This document shows positions 38,201 through 53,200 of a stretch of DNA of 64,000 bases, in pieces. The position numbers were made by a program, and so were the translations under genes. Origin of the DNA: Gordius albopunctatus (Eukaryota); contig OZ193909.1 in NCBI GenBank assembly GCA_964276515.1, forward strand, positions 9,610,001-9,674,000. Reading direction: 5' to 3'. Position 1 is the first letter of the stretch; each line of letters opens with the position of its first letter. The notes beneath the pieces are model-generated. The model was given only the letters and a program-made list of their open reading frames with translations. It made no database searches and was not told where the DNA came from.

Positions 38201-41200
38201 GCTATATTGTTGAACAAAAAAATTGAAAAATTTTTGAAGTCGAAAAAAATATTTATTTTCATATTCTATCAAAAGGGGGCTGAAAGAATCTTTAAAAGTT
38301 AGTAAATATTCTTAGCATCATGTCCTTGTTAGAATCCGTATGATAATTTTTGCACGGGGTGAGGTTTTAGATTGAGAGAAACTAAACTTTTCGTGTTGCG
38401 TTTAGATTGTTTCAAAATCGCTTTCTAAGCGTGTCTCTAGTTTTTGAGAAACAAACTCTATTTGATCGTGATTTAAAGTTAATAATTTTTGAGGACGATC
38501 AAAAATTTTTCACTAATTGACCTCTGATATCAAATCTTTCATGACGGCTATATTGTTGAACAAAAAAATTGAAAAAATTTTGATGTCGAAAAAAATATTT
38601 ATTTTCATATTCTATCAAAAGGGGGCTGAAAGAATCTTTAAAAGTTAGTAAATATTCTTAGCATCATGTCCTTGTTAGAATCCGTATGATAATTTTTGCA
38701 TGGGGTGAGGTTTTAGATTGAGAGAAACTAAACTTTTCGTGTTGCGTTTAGATTGTTTCAAAATCGCTTTCTAAGCGTGTCTCTAGTTTTTGAGAAACAA
38801 ACTCTATTTGATCGTGATTTAAAGTTAATAATTTTTGAGGACGATCAAAAATTTTTCACTAATTGACCTCTGATATCAAAAACTTTCATGACGGCTATAT
38901 TGTTGAACAAAAAAATTGAAAAAATTTTGATGTCGAAAAAAATATTTATTTTCCTATTCTTTCGAAAGGGGGATGAAAAAATCTTTAAAATTTAGAAACT
39001 AAACTTTTCGTGTTGCGTTTAGATTGTTTCAAAATCGCTTTCTAAGCGTGTCTCTAGTTTTTGAGAAACAAACTCTATTTGATCGTGATTTAAAGTTAAA
39101 AACTTTTGAGGACTGATCAAAAATTTTTCACTAATTGACCTCTGATATCAAATCTTTCATGACGGCTATATTGTTGAACAAAAAAATTGAAAAAATTTTG
39201 ATGTCGAAAAAAATATTTATTTTCCTATTCTTTCGAAAGGGTGATGAAAAAATCTTTAAAATTTAGAAACTAAACTTTTCGTGTTGCGTTTAGATTGTTT
39301 CAAAATCGCTTTCTAAGCGTGTCTCTAGTTTTTGCGAAACAAACTCTATGTGATCGTGATTTAAAGTTAATAATTTTTGAGGACTGATCAAAAAAATTTT
39401 TCACTAATTCACCTCTGATATCAAAAACTTTCATGACGGCTATATTGTTGAACAAAAAAATTGAAAAATTTTTGAAGTCGAAAAAAATATTTATTTTCAT
39501 ATTCTATCAAAAGGGGGCTGAAAGAATCTTTAAAAGTTAGTAAATATTCTTAGCATCATGTCCTTGTTAGAATCCGTATGATAATTTTTGCACGGGGTGA
39601 GGTTTTAGATTGAGAGAAACTAAACTTTTCGTGTTGCGTTTAGATTGTTTCAAAATCGCTTTCTAAGCGTGTCTCTAGTTTTTGAGAAACAAACTCTATT
39701 TGATCGTGATTTAAAGTTAATAATTTTTGAGGACGATCAAAAATTTTTCACTAATTGACCTCTGATATCAAATCTTTCATGACGGCTATATTGTTGAACA
39801 AAAAAATTGAAAAAATTTTGATGTCGAAAAAAATATTTATTTTCATATTCTATCAAAAGGGGGCTGAAAGAATCTTTAAAAGTTAGTAAATATTCTTAGC
39901 ATCATGTCCTTGTTAGAATCCGTATGATAATTTTTGCATGGGGTGAGGTTTTAGATTGAGAGAAACTAAACTTTTCGTGTTGCGTTTAGATTGTTTCAAA
40001 ATCGCTTTCTAAGCGTGTCTCTAGTTTTTGTGAATCAAACTCTATTTGATCGTGATTTAAAGTTAATAATTTTTGAGGACTGATCAAAAAATTTTTCACT
40101 AATTGACCTCTGATATCAAAAACTTTCATGACGGCTATATTGTTGAACAAAAAAATTGAAAAATTTTTGAAGTCGAAAAAAATATTTATTTTCATATTCT
40201 ATCAAAAGGGGGCTGAAAGAATCTTTAAAAGTTAGTAAATATTCTTAGCATCATGTCCTTGTTAGAATCCGTATGATAATTTTTGCATGGGGTGAGGTTT
40301 TAGATTGAGAGAAACTAAACTTTTCGTGTTGCGTTTAGATTGTTTCAAAATCGCTTTCTAAGCGTGTCTCTAGTTTTTGAGAAACAAACTCTATTTGATC
40401 GTGATTTAAAGTTAATAATTTTTGAGGACGATCAAAAATTTTTCACTAATTGACCTCTGATATCAAAAACTTTCATGACGGCTATATTGTTGAACAAAAA
40501 AATTGAAAAAATTTTGATGTCGAAAAAAATATTTATTTTCCTATTCTTTCGAAAGGGGGATGAAAAAATCTTTAAAATTAAGAAACTAAACTTTTCGGGT
40601 TGCGTTAAGATTGTTTCAAAATCGCTTTCTAAGCGTGTCTCTAGTTTTTGAGAAACAAACTCTATTTGATCGTGATTTAAAGTTAAAAACTTTTGAGGAC
40701 TGATCAAAAAATTTTTCACTAATTGACCTCTGATATCAAATCTTTCATGACGGCTATATTGTTGAACAAAAAAATTGAAAAAATTTTGATGTCGAAAAAA
40801 ATATTTATTTTCCTATTCTTTCGAAAGGGGGATGAAAAAATCTTTAAAATTTAGAAACTAAACTTTTCGTGTTGCGTTTAGATTGTTTCAAAATCGCTTT
40901 CTAAGCGTGTCTCTAGTTTTTGTGAAACAAACTCTATTTGATCGTGATTTAAAGTTAATAATTTTTGAGGACTGATCAAAAAATTTTTCACTAATTGACC
41001 TCTGATATCAAAAACTTTCATGACGGCTATATTGTTGAACAAAAAAATTGAAAAATTTTTGAAGTCGAAAAAAATATTTATTTTCATATTCTATCAAAAG
41101 GGGGCTGAAAGAATCTTTAAAAGTTAGTAAATATTCTTAGCATCATGTCCTTGTTAGAATCCGTATGATAATTTTTGCACGGGGTGAGGTTTTAGATTGA

Positions 41201-44200
41201 GAGAAACTAAACTTTTCGTGTTGCGTTTAGATTGTTTCAAAATCGCTTTCTAAGCGTGTCTCTAGTTTTTGAGAAACAAACTCTATTTGATCGTGATTTA
41301 AAGTTAATAATTTTTGAGGACTGATCAAAAAATTTTTCACTAATTGACCTCTGATATCAAAAACTTTCATGACGGCTATATTGTTGAACAAAAAAATTGA
41401 AAAATTTTTGAAGTCGAAAAAAATATTTATTTTCATATTCTATCAAAAGGGGGCTGAAAGAATCTTTAAAAGTTAGTAAATATTCTTAGAATCATGTCCT
41501 TGTTAGAATCCGTATGATAATTTTTGAACGGAGTGAGGTTTTAGATTGAGAGAAACTAAACTTTTCGTGTTGCGTTTAGATTGTTTCAAAATCGCTTTCT
41601 AAGCGTGTCTCTAGTTTTTGAGAAACAAACTCTATTTGATCGTGATTTAAAGTTAAAAACTTTTGAGGACTGATCAAAAATTTTTTTCACTAATTGACCT
41701 CTGATATCATAAACTTTCATGACGGCTATATTGTTGAACAAAAAAATTGAAAAAATTTTGATGTCGAAAAAAATATTTATTTTCATATTCTATCGAAAGG
41801 GTGCTGAAAGAATCTTTAAAATTTAGAAACTAAACTTTTCGTGTTGCGTTTAGATTGTTTCAAAATAGCTTTCTAAGCGTGTCTCTAGTTTTTGCGAAAC
41901 AAACTCTATGTGATCGTGATTTAAAGTTAATAATTTTTGAGGACTGATCAAAAAAATTTTTCACTAATTGACCTCTGATATCAAAAACTTTCATGACGGC
42001 TATATTGTTGAACAAAAAAATTGAAAAATTTTTGAAGTCGAAAAAAATATTTATTTTCATATTCTATCAAAAGGGGGCTGAAAGAATCTTTAAAAGTTAG
42101 TAAATATTCTTAGCATCATGTCCTTGTTAGAATCCGTATGATAATTTTTGCACGGGGTGAGGTTTTAGATTGAGAGAAACTAAACTTTTCGTGTTGCGTT
42201 TAGATTGTTTCAAAATCGCTTTCTAAGCGTGTCTCTAGTTTTTGAGAAACAAACTCTATTTGATCGTGATTTAAAGTTAATAATTTTTGAGGACGATCAA
42301 AAATTTTTCACTAATTGACCTCTGATATCAAATCTTTCATGACGGCTATATTGTTGAACAAAAAAATTGAAAAAATTTTGATGTCGAAAAAAATATTTAT
42401 TTTCATATTCTTTCGAAAGGGGGATGAAAAAATCTTTAAAAGTTAGTAAATATTCTTAGCATCATGTCCTTGTTAGAATCCGTATGATAATTTTTGCATG
42501 GGGTGAGGTTTTAGATTGAGAGAAACTAAACTTTTCGTGTTGCGTTTAGATTGTTTCAAAATCGCTTTCTAAGCGTGTCTCTAGTTTTTGTGAATCAAAC
42601 TCTATTTGATCGTGATTTAAAGTTAATAATTTTTGAGGACTGATCAAAAAATTTTTCACTAATTGACCTCTGATATCAAAAACTTTCATGACGGCTATAT
42701 TGTTGAACAAAAAAATTGAAAAATTTTTGAAGTCGAAAAAAATATTTATTTTCATATTCTATCAAAAGGGGGCTGAAAGAATCTTTAAAAGTTAGTAAAT
42801 ATTCTTAGCATCATGTCCTTGTTAGAATCCGTATGATAATTTTTGCACGGGGTGAGGTTTTAGATTGAGAGAAACTAAACTTTTCGTGTTGCGTTTAGAT
42901 TGTTTCAAAATCGCTTTCTAAGCGTGTCTCTAGTTTTTGAGAAAAAAACTCTATTTGATCGTGATTTAAAGTTATTAATTTTTGAGGACGATCAAAATTT
43001 TTTCACTAATTGACCTCTGATATCAAATCTTTCATGACGGCTATATTGTTGAACAAAAAAATTGAAAAAATTTTGATGTCGAAAAAAATATTTATTTTCA
43101 TATTCTTTCGAAAGGGGGATGAAAAAATCTTTAAAAGTTAGTAAATATTCTTAGCATCATGTCCTTGTTAGAATCCGTATGATAATTTTTGCATGGGGTG
43201 AGGTTTTAGATTGAGAGAAACTAAACTTTTCGTGTTGCGTTTAGATTGTTTCAAAATCGCTTTCTAAGCGTGTCTCTAGTTTTTGTGAATCAAACTCTAT
43301 TTGATCGTGATTTAAAGTTAATAATTTTTGAGGACTGATCAAAAAATTTTTCACTAATTGACCTCTGATATCAAAAACTTTCATGACGGCTATATTGTTG
43401 AACAAAAAAATTGAAAAATTTTTGAAGTCGAAAAAAATATTTATTTTCATATTCTATCAAAAGGGGGCTGAAAGAATCTTTAAAAGTTAGTAAATATTCT
43501 TAGCATCATGTCCTTGTTAGAATCCGTATGATAATTTTTGCACGGGGTGAGGTTTTAGATTGAGAGAAACTAAACTTTTCGTGTTGCGTTTAGATTGTTT
43601 CAAAATCGCTTTCTAAGCGTGTCTCTAGTTTTTGAGAAACAAACTCTATTTGATCGTGATTTAAAGTTAATAATTTTTGAGGACGATCAAAAATTTTTCA
43701 CTAATTGACCTCTGATATCAAAAACTTTCATGACGGCTATATTGTTGAACAAAAAAATTGAAAAAATTTTGATGTCGAAAAAAATATTTATTTTCCTATT
43801 CTTTCGAAAGGGGGATGAAAAAATCTTTAAAATTAAGAAACTAAACTTTTCGGGTTGCGTTTAGATTGTTTCAAAATCGCTTTCTAAGCGTGTCTCTAGT
43901 TTTTGTGAAACAAACTCTATTTGATCGTGATTTAAAGTTAATAATTTTTGAGGACTGATCAAAAAATTTTTCACTAATTGACCTCTGATATCAAAAACTT
44001 TCATGACGGCTATATTGTTGAACAAAAAAATTGAAAAATTTTTGAAGTCGAAAAAAATATTTATTTTCATATTCTATCAAAAGGGGGCTGAAAGAATCTT
44101 TAAAAGTTAGTAAATATTCTTAGCATCATGTCCTTGTTAGAATCCGTATGATAATTTTTGCACGGGGTGAGGTTTTAGATTGAGAGAAACTAAACTTTTC

Positions 44201-47200
44201 GTGTTGCGTTTAGATTGTTTCAAAATCGCTTTCTAAGCGTGTCTCTAGTTTTTGAGAAACAAACTCTATTTGATCGTGATTTAAAGTTAATAATTTTTGA
44301 GGACGATCAAAAATTTTTCACTAATTGACCTCTGATATCAAATCTTTCATGACGGCTATATTGTTGAACAAAAAAATTGAAAAAATTTTGATGTCGAAAA
44401 AAATATTTATTTTCATATTCTTTCGAAAGGGGGATGAAAAAATCTTTAAAAGTTAGTAAATATTCTTAGCATCATGTCCTTGTTAGAATCCGTATGATAA
44501 TTTTTGCATGGGGTGAGGTTTTAGATTGAGAGAAACTAAACTTTTCGTGTTGCGTTTAGATTGTTTCAAAATCGCTTTCTAAGCGTGTCTCTAGTTTTTG
44601 TGAATCAAACTCTATTTGATCGTGATTTAAAGTTAATAATTTTTGAGGACTGATCAAAAAATTTTTCACTAATTGACCTCTGATATCAAAAACTTTCATG
44701 ACGGCTATATTGTTGAACAAAAAAATTGAAAAATTTTTGAAGTCGAAAAAAATATTTATTTTCATATTCTTTCGAAAGGGGGATGAAAAAATCTTTAAAA
44801 GTTAGTAAATATTCTTAGCATCATGTCCTTGTTAGAATCCGTATGATAATTTTTGCATGGGGTGAGGTTTTAGATTGAGAGAAACTAAACTTTTCGTGTT
44901 GCGTTTAGATTGTTTCAAAATCGCTTTCTAAGCGTGTCTCTAGTTTTTGTGAATCAAACTCTATTTGATCGTGATTTAAAGTTAATAATTTTTGAGGACT
45001 GATCAAAAAATTTTTCACTAATTGACCTCTGATATCAAAAACTTTCATGACGGCTATATTGTTGAACAAAAAAATTGAAAAATTTTTGAAGTCGAAAAAA
45101 ATATTTATTTTCATATTCTATCAAAAGGGGGCTGAAAGAATCTTTAAAAGTTAGTAAATATTCTTAGCATCATGTCCTTGTTAGAATCCGTATGATAATT
45201 TTTGCACGGGGTGAGGTTTTAGATTGAGAGAAACTAAACTTTTCGTGTTGCGTTTAGATTGTTTCAAAATCGCTTTCTAAGCGTGTCTCTAGTTTTTGAG
45301 AAACAAACTCTATTTGATCGTGATTTAAAGTTAATAATTTTTGAGGACGATCAAAAATTTTTCACTAATTGACCTCTGATATCAAATCTTTCATGACGGC
45401 TATATTGTTGAACAAAAAAATTGAAAAAATTTTGATGTCGAAAAAAATATTTATTTTCATATTCTATCAAAAGGGGGCTGAAAGAATCTTTAAAAGTTAG
45501 TAAATATTCTTAGCATCATGTCCTTGTTAGAATCCGTATGATAATTTTTGCACGGGGTGAGGTTTTAGATTGAGAGAAACTAAACTTTTCGTGTTGCGTT
45601 TAGATTGTTTCAAAATCGCTTTCTAAGCGTGTCTCTAGTTTTTGAGAAAAAAACTCTATTTGATCGTGATTTAAAGTTATTAATTTTTGAGGACGATCAA
45701 AATTTTTTCACTAATTGACCTCTGATATCAAATCTTTCATGACGGCTATATTGTTGAACAAAAAAATTGAAAAAATTTTGATGTCGAAAAAAATATTTAT
45801 TTTCATATTCTTTCGAAAGGGGGATGAAAAAATCTTTAAAAGTTAGTAAATATTCTTAGCATCATGTCCTTGTTAGAATCCGTATGATAATTTTTGCATG
45901 GGGTGAGGTTTTAGATTGAGAGAAACTAAACTTTTCGTGTTGCGTTTAGATTGTTTCAAAATCGCTTTCTAAGCGTGTCTCTAGTTTTTGTGAATCAAAC
46001 TCTATTTGATCGTGATTTAAAGTTAATAATTTTTGAGGACTGATCAAAAAATTTTTCACTAATTGACCTCTGATATCAAAAACTTTCATGACGGCTATAT
46101 TGTTGAACAAAAAAATTGAAAAATTTTTGAAGTCGAAAAAAATATTTATTTTCATATTCTATCAAAAGGGGGCTGAAAGAATCTTTAAAAGTTAGTAAAT
46201 ATTCTTAGCATCATGTCCTTGTTAGAATCCGTATGATAATTTTTGCACGGGGTGAGGTTTTAGATTGAGAGAAACTAAACTTTTTGTGTTGCGTTTAGAT
46301 TGTTTCAAAATCGCTTTCTAAGCGTGTCTCTAGTTTTTGAGAAACAAACTCTATTTGATCGTGATTTAAAGTTAATAATTTTTGAGGACGATCAAAAATT
46401 TTTCACTAATTGACCTCTGATATCAAAAACTTTCATGACGGCTATATTGTTGAACAAAAAAATTGAAAAAATTTTGATGTCGAAAAAAATATTTATTTTC
46501 CTATTCTTTCGAAAGGGGGATGAAAAAATCTTTAAAATTAAGAAACTAAACTTTTCGGGTTGCGTTTAGATTGTTTCAAAATCGCTTTCTAAGCGTGTCT
46601 CTAGTTTTTGTGAAACAAACTCTATTTGATCGTGATTTAAAGTTAATAATTTTTGAGGACTGATCAAAAAATTTTTCACTAATTGACCTCTGATATCAAA
46701 AACTTTCATGACGGCTATATTGTTGAACAAAAAAATTGAAAAATTTTTGAAGTCGAAAAAAATATTTATTTTCATATTCTATCAAAAGGGGGCTGAAAGA
46801 ATCTTTAAAAGTTAGTAAATATTCTTAGCATCATGTCCTTGTTAGAATCCGTATGATAATTTTTGCACGGGGTGAGGTTTTAGATTGAGAGAAACTAAAC
46901 TTTTCGTGTTGCGTTTAGATTGTTTCAAAATCGCTTTCTAAGCGTGTCTCTAGTTTTTGAGAAACAAACTCTATTTGATCGTGATTTAAAGTTAATAATT
47001 TTTGAGGACGATCAAAAATTTTTCACTAATTGACCTCTGATATCAAATCTTTCATGACGGCTATATTGTTGAACAAAAAAATTGAAAAAATTTTGATGTC
47101 GAAAAAAATATTTATTTTCATATTCTATCAAAAGGGGGCTGAAAGAATCTTTAAAATTAAGAAACTAAACTTTTCGGGTTGCGTTAAGATTGTTTCAAAA

Positions 47201-50200
47201 TCGCTTTCTAAGCGTGTCTCTAGTTTTTGAGAAACAAACTCTATTTGATCGTGATTTAAAGTTAAAAACTTTTGAGGACTGATCAAAAAATTTTTCACTA
47301 ATTGACCTCTGATATCAAATCTTTCATGACGGCTATATTGTTGAACAAAAAAATTGAAAAAATTTTGATGTCGAAAAAAATATTTATTTTCCTATTCTTT
47401 CGAAAGGGGGATGAAAAAATCTTTAAAATTTAGAAACTAAACTTTTCGTGTTGCGTTTAGATTGTTTCAAAATCGCTTTCTAAGCGTGTCTCTAGTTTTT
47501 GTGAAACAAACTCTATTTGATCGTGATTTAAAGTTAATAATTTTTGAGGACTGATCAAAAAATTTTTCACTAATTGACCTCTGATATCAAAAACTTTCAT
47601 GACGGCTATATTGTTGAACAAAAAAATTGAAAAATTTTTGAAGTCGAAAAAAATATTTATTTTCATATTCTATCAAAAGGGGGCTGAAAGAATCTTTAAA
47701 AGTTAGTAAATATTCTTAGCATCATGTCCTTGTTAGAATCCGTATGATAATTTTTGCATGGGGTGAGGTTTTAGATTGAGAGAAACTAAACTTTTCGTGT
47801 TGCGTTTAGATTGTTTCAAAATCGCTTTCTAAGCGTGTCTCTAGTTTTTGTGAATCAAACTCTATTTGATCGTGATTTAAAGTTAATAATTTTTGAGGAC
47901 TGATCAAAAAATTTTTCACTAATTGACCTCTGATATCAAAAACTTTCATGACGGCTATATTGTTGAACAAAAAAATTGAAAAATTTTTGAAGTCGAAAAA
48001 AATATTTATTTTCATATTCTATCAAAAGGGGGCTGAAAGAATCTTTAAAAGTTAGTAAATATTCTTAGCATCATGTCCTTGTTAGAATCCGTATGATAAT
48101 TTTTGCATGGGGTGAGGTTTTAGATTGAGAGAAACTAAACTTTTCGTGTTGCGTTTAGATTGTTTCAAAATCGCTTTCTAAGCGTGTCTCTAGTTTTTGA
48201 GAAACAAACTCTATTTGATCGTGATTTAAAGTTAATAATTTTTGAGGACGATCAAAAATTTTTCACTAATTGACCTCTGATATCAAAAACTTTCATGACG
48301 GCTATATTGTTGAACAAAAAAATTGAAAAAATTTTGATGTCGAAAAAAATATTTATTTTCCTATTCTTTCGAAAGGGGGATGAAAAAATCTTTAAAATTA
48401 AGAAACTAAACTTTTCGGGTTGCGTTAAGATTGTTTCAAAATCGCTTTCTAAGCGTGTCTCTAGTTTTTGAGAAACAAACTCTATTTGATCGTGATTTAA
48501 AGTTAAAAACTTTTGAGGACTGATCAAAAAATTTTTCACTAATTGACCTCTGATATCAAATCTTTCATGACGGCTATATTGTTGAACAAAAAAATTGAAA
48601 AAATTTTGATGTCGAAAAAAATATTTATTTTCCTATTCTTTCGAAAGGGGGATGAAAAAATCTTTAAAATTTAGAAACTAAACTTTTCGTGTTGCGTTTA
48701 GATTGTTTCAAAATCGCTTTCTAAGCGTGTCTCTAGTTTTTGTGAAACAAACTCTATTTGATCGTGATTTAAAGTTAATAATTTTTGAGGACTGATCAAA
48801 AAATTTTTCACTAATTGACCTCTGATATCAAAAACTTTCATGACGGCTATATTGTTGAACAAAAAAATTGAAAAATTTTTGAAGTCGAAAAAAATATTTA
48901 TTTTCATATTCTATCAAAAGGGGGCTGAAAGAATCTTTAAAAGTTAGTAAATATTCTTAGCATCATGTCCTTGTTAGAATCCGTATGATAATTTTTGCAC
49001 GGGGTGAGGTTTTAGATTGAGAGAAACTAAACTTTTCGTGTTGCGTTTAGATTGTTTCAAAATCGCTTTCTAAGCGTGTCTCTAGTTTTTGAGAAACAAA
49101 CTCTATTTGATCGTGATTTAAAGTTAATAATTTTTGAGGACGATCAAAAATTTTTCACTAATTGACCTCTGATATCAAAAACTTTCATGACGGCTATATT
49201 GTTGAACAAAAAAATTGAAAAAATTTTGATGTCGAAAAAAATATTTATTTTCCTATTCTTTCGAAAGGGGGATGAAAAAATCTTTAAAATTAAGAAACTA
49301 AACTTTTCGGGTTGCGTTTAGATTGTTTCAAAATCGCTTTCTAAGCGTGTCTCTAGTTTTTGTGAAACAAACTCTATTTGATCGTGATTTAAAGTTAATA
49401 ATTTTTGAGGACTGATCAAAAAATTTTTCACTAATTGACCTCTGATATCAAAAACTTTCATGACGGCTATATTGTTGAACAAAAAAATTGAAAAATTTTT
49501 GAAGTCGAAAAAAATATTTATTTTCATATTCTATCAAAAGGGGGCTGAAAGAATCTTTAAAAGTTAGTAAATATTCTTAGAATCATGTCCTTGTTAGAAT
49601 CCGTATGATAATTTTTGAACGGAGTGAGGTTTTAGATTGAGAGAAACTAAACTTTTCGTGTTGCGTTTAGATTGTTTCAAAATCGCTTTCTAAGCGTGTC
49701 TCTAGTTTTTGAGAAACAAACTCTATTTGATCGTGATTTAAAGTTAAAAACTTTTGAGGACTGATCAAAAATTTTTTTCACTAATTGACCTCTGATATCA
49801 TAAACTTTCATGACGGCTATATTGTTGAACAAAAAAATTGAAAAAATTTTGATGTCGAAAAAAATATTTATTTTCATATTCTATCGAAAGGGTGCTGAAA
49901 GAATCTTTAAAATTTAGAAACTAAACTTTTCGTGTTGCGTTTAGATTGTTTCAAAATAGCTTTCTAAGCGTGTCTCTAGTTTTTGCGAAACAAACTCTAT
50001 GTGATCGTGATTTAAAGTTAATAATTTTTGAGGACTGATCAAAAAAATTTTTCACTAATTGACCTCTGATATCAAAAACTTTCATGACGGCTATATTGTT
50101 GAACAAAAAAATTGAAAAATTTTTGAAGTCGAAAAAAATATTTATTTTCATATTCTATCAAAAGGGGGCTGAAAGAATCTTTAAAAGTTAGTAAATATTC

Positions 50201-53200
50201 TTAGCATCATGTCCTTGTTAGAATCCGTATGATAATTTTTGCACGGGGTGAGGTTTTAGATTGAGAGAAACTAAACTTTTCGTGTTGCGTTTAGATTGTT
50301 TCAAAATCGCTTTCTAAGCGTGTCTCTAGTTTTTGAGAAACAAACTCTATTTGATCGTGATTTAAAGTTAATAATTTTTGAGGACGATCAAAAATTTTTC
50401 ACTAATTGACCTCTGATATCAAATCTTTCATGACGGCTATATTGTTGAACAAAAAAATTGAAAAAATTTTGATGTCGAAAAAAATATTTATTTTCCTATT
50501 CTTTCGAAAGGGTGATGAAAAAATCTTTAAAATTAAGAAACTAAACTTTTCGGGTTGCGTTTAGATTGTTTCAAAATCGCTTTCTAAGCGTGTCTCTAGT
50601 TTTTGAGAAACAAACTCTATTTGATCGTGATTTAAAGTTAATAATTTTTGAGGACTGATCAAAAAATTTTTCACTAATTGACCTCTGATATCAAAAACTT
50701 TCATGACGGCTATATTGTTGAACAAAAAAATTGAAAAATTTTTGAAGTCGAAAAAAATATTTATTTTCATATTCTATCAAAAGGGGGCTGAAAGAATCTT
50801 TAAAAGTTAGTAAATATTCTTAGCATCATGTCCTTGTTAGAATCCGTATGATAATTTTTGCACGGGGTGAGGTTTTAGATTGAGAGAAACTAAACTTTTC
50901 GTGTTGCGTTTAGATTGTTTCAAAATCGCTTTCTAAGCGGATCTCTAGTTTTTGAGAAACAAACTCTATTTGATCGTGATTTAAAGTTAATAATTTTTGA
51001 GGACGATCAAAAATTTTTCACTAATTGACCTCTGATATCAAATCTTTCATGACGGCTATATTGTTGAACAAAAAAATTGAAAAAATTTTGATGTCGAAAA
51101 AAATATTTATTTTCCTATTCTTTCGAAAGGGTGATGAAAAAATCTTTAAAATTTAGAAACTAAACTTTTCGTGTTGCGTTTAGATTGTTTCAAAATCGCT
51201 TTCTAAGCGTGTCTCTAGTTTTTGTGAAACAAACTCTATTTGATCGTGATTATAAGTTAATAATTTTTGAGGACTGATCAAAAAAATTTTCACTAATTGA
51301 CCTCTGATATCAAAAACTTTCATGACGGCTATATTGTTGAACAAAAAAATTGAAAAAATTTTGATGTCGAAAAAAGTATTTATTTTCCTATTCTTTCGAA
51401 AGGGGGATGAAAAAATCTTTAAAATTTAGAAACTAAACTTTTTGTGTTGCGTTTAGATTGTTTCAAAATCGCTTTCTAAGCGTGTCTCTAGTTTTTGAGA
51501 AACAAACTCTATTTGATCGTGATTTAAAGTTAAAAACTTTTGAGGACTGATCAAAAATTTTTCACTAATTGACCTCTGATATCAAATCTTTCATGACGGC
51601 TATATTGTTGAACAAAAAAATTGAAAAAATTTTGATGTCGAAAAAAATATTTATTTTCCTATTCTTTCGAAAGGGTGATGAAAAAATCTTTAAAATTTAG
51701 AAACTAAACTTTTCGTGTTGCGTTTAGATTGTTTCAAAATCGCTTTCTAATCGTGTCTCTAGTTTTTGCGAAACAAACTCTATGTGATCGTGATTTAAAG
51801 TTAATAATTTTTGAGGACTGATCAAAAAAATTTTTCACTAATTGACCTCTGATATCAAAAACTTTCATGACGGCTATATTGTTGAACAAAAAAATTGAAA
51901 AATTTTTGAAGTCGAAAAAAATATTTATTTTCATATTCTATCAAAAGGGGGCTGAAAGAATCTTTAAAAGTTAGTAAATATTCTTAGCATCATGTCCTTG
52001 TTAGAATCCGTATGATAATTTTTGCACGGGGTGAGGTTTTAGATTGAGAGAAACTAAACTTTTCGTGTTGCGTTTAGATTGTTTCAAAATCGCTTTCTAA
52101 GCGTGTCTCTAGTTTTTGAGAAACAAACTCTATTTGATCGTGATTTAAAGTTAATAATTTTTGAGGACGATCAAAAATTTTTCACTAATTGACCTCTGAT
52201 ATCAAATCTTTCATGACGGCTATATTGTTGAACAAAAAAATTGAAAAAATTTTGATGTCGAAAAAAATATTTATTTTCCTATTCTTTCGAAAGGGTGATG
52301 AAAAAATCTTTAAAATTTAGAAACTAAACTTTTCGTGTTGCGTTTAGATTGTTTCAAAATCGCTTTCTAAGCGTGTCTCTAGTTTTTGTGAAACAAACTC
52401 TATTTGATCGTGATTATAAGTTAATAATTTTTGAGGACTGATCAAAAAAATTTTCACTAATTGACCTCTGATATCAAAAACTTTCATGACGGCTATATTG
52501 TTGAACAAAAAAATTGAAAAAATTTTGATGTCGAAAAAAGTATTTATTTTCCTATTCTTTCGAAAGGGTGATGAAAAAATCTTTAAAATTTAGAAACTAA
52601 ACTTTTCGTGTTGCGTTTAGATTGTTTCAAAATCGCTTTCTAAGCGTGTCTCTAGTTTTTGTGAAACAAACTCTATTTGATCGTGATTATAAGTTAATAA
52701 TTTTTGAGGACTGATCAAAAAAATTTTCACTAATTGACCTCTGATATCAAAAACTTTCATGACGGCTATATTGTTGAACAAAAAAATTGAAAAAATTTTG
52801 ATGTCGAAAAAAGTATTTATTTTCCTATTCTTTCGAAAGGGGGATGAAAAAATCTTTAAAATTTAGAAACTAAACTTTTTGTGTTGCGTTTAGATTGTTT
52901 CAAAATCGCTTTCTAATCGTGTCTCTAGTTTTTGCGAAACAAACTCTATGTGATCGTGATTTAAAGTTAATAATTTTTGAGGACTGATCAAAAAAATTTT
53001 TCACTAATTGACCTCTGATATCAAAAACTTTCATGACGGCTATATTGTTGAACAAAAAAATTGAAAAATTTTTGAAGTCGAAAAAAATATTTATTTTCAT
53101 ATTCTATCAAAAGGGGGCTGAAAGAATCTTTAAAAGTTAGTAAATATTCTTAGCATCATGTCCTTGTTAGAATCCGTATGATAATTTTTGCACGGGGTGA

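Noticed and set aside
47030..47230. Single plus-strand 66-aa ORF
   Set aside because: It has a non-ATG start and arises only because this monomer is an L/S recombinant lacking stop codons in that frame.
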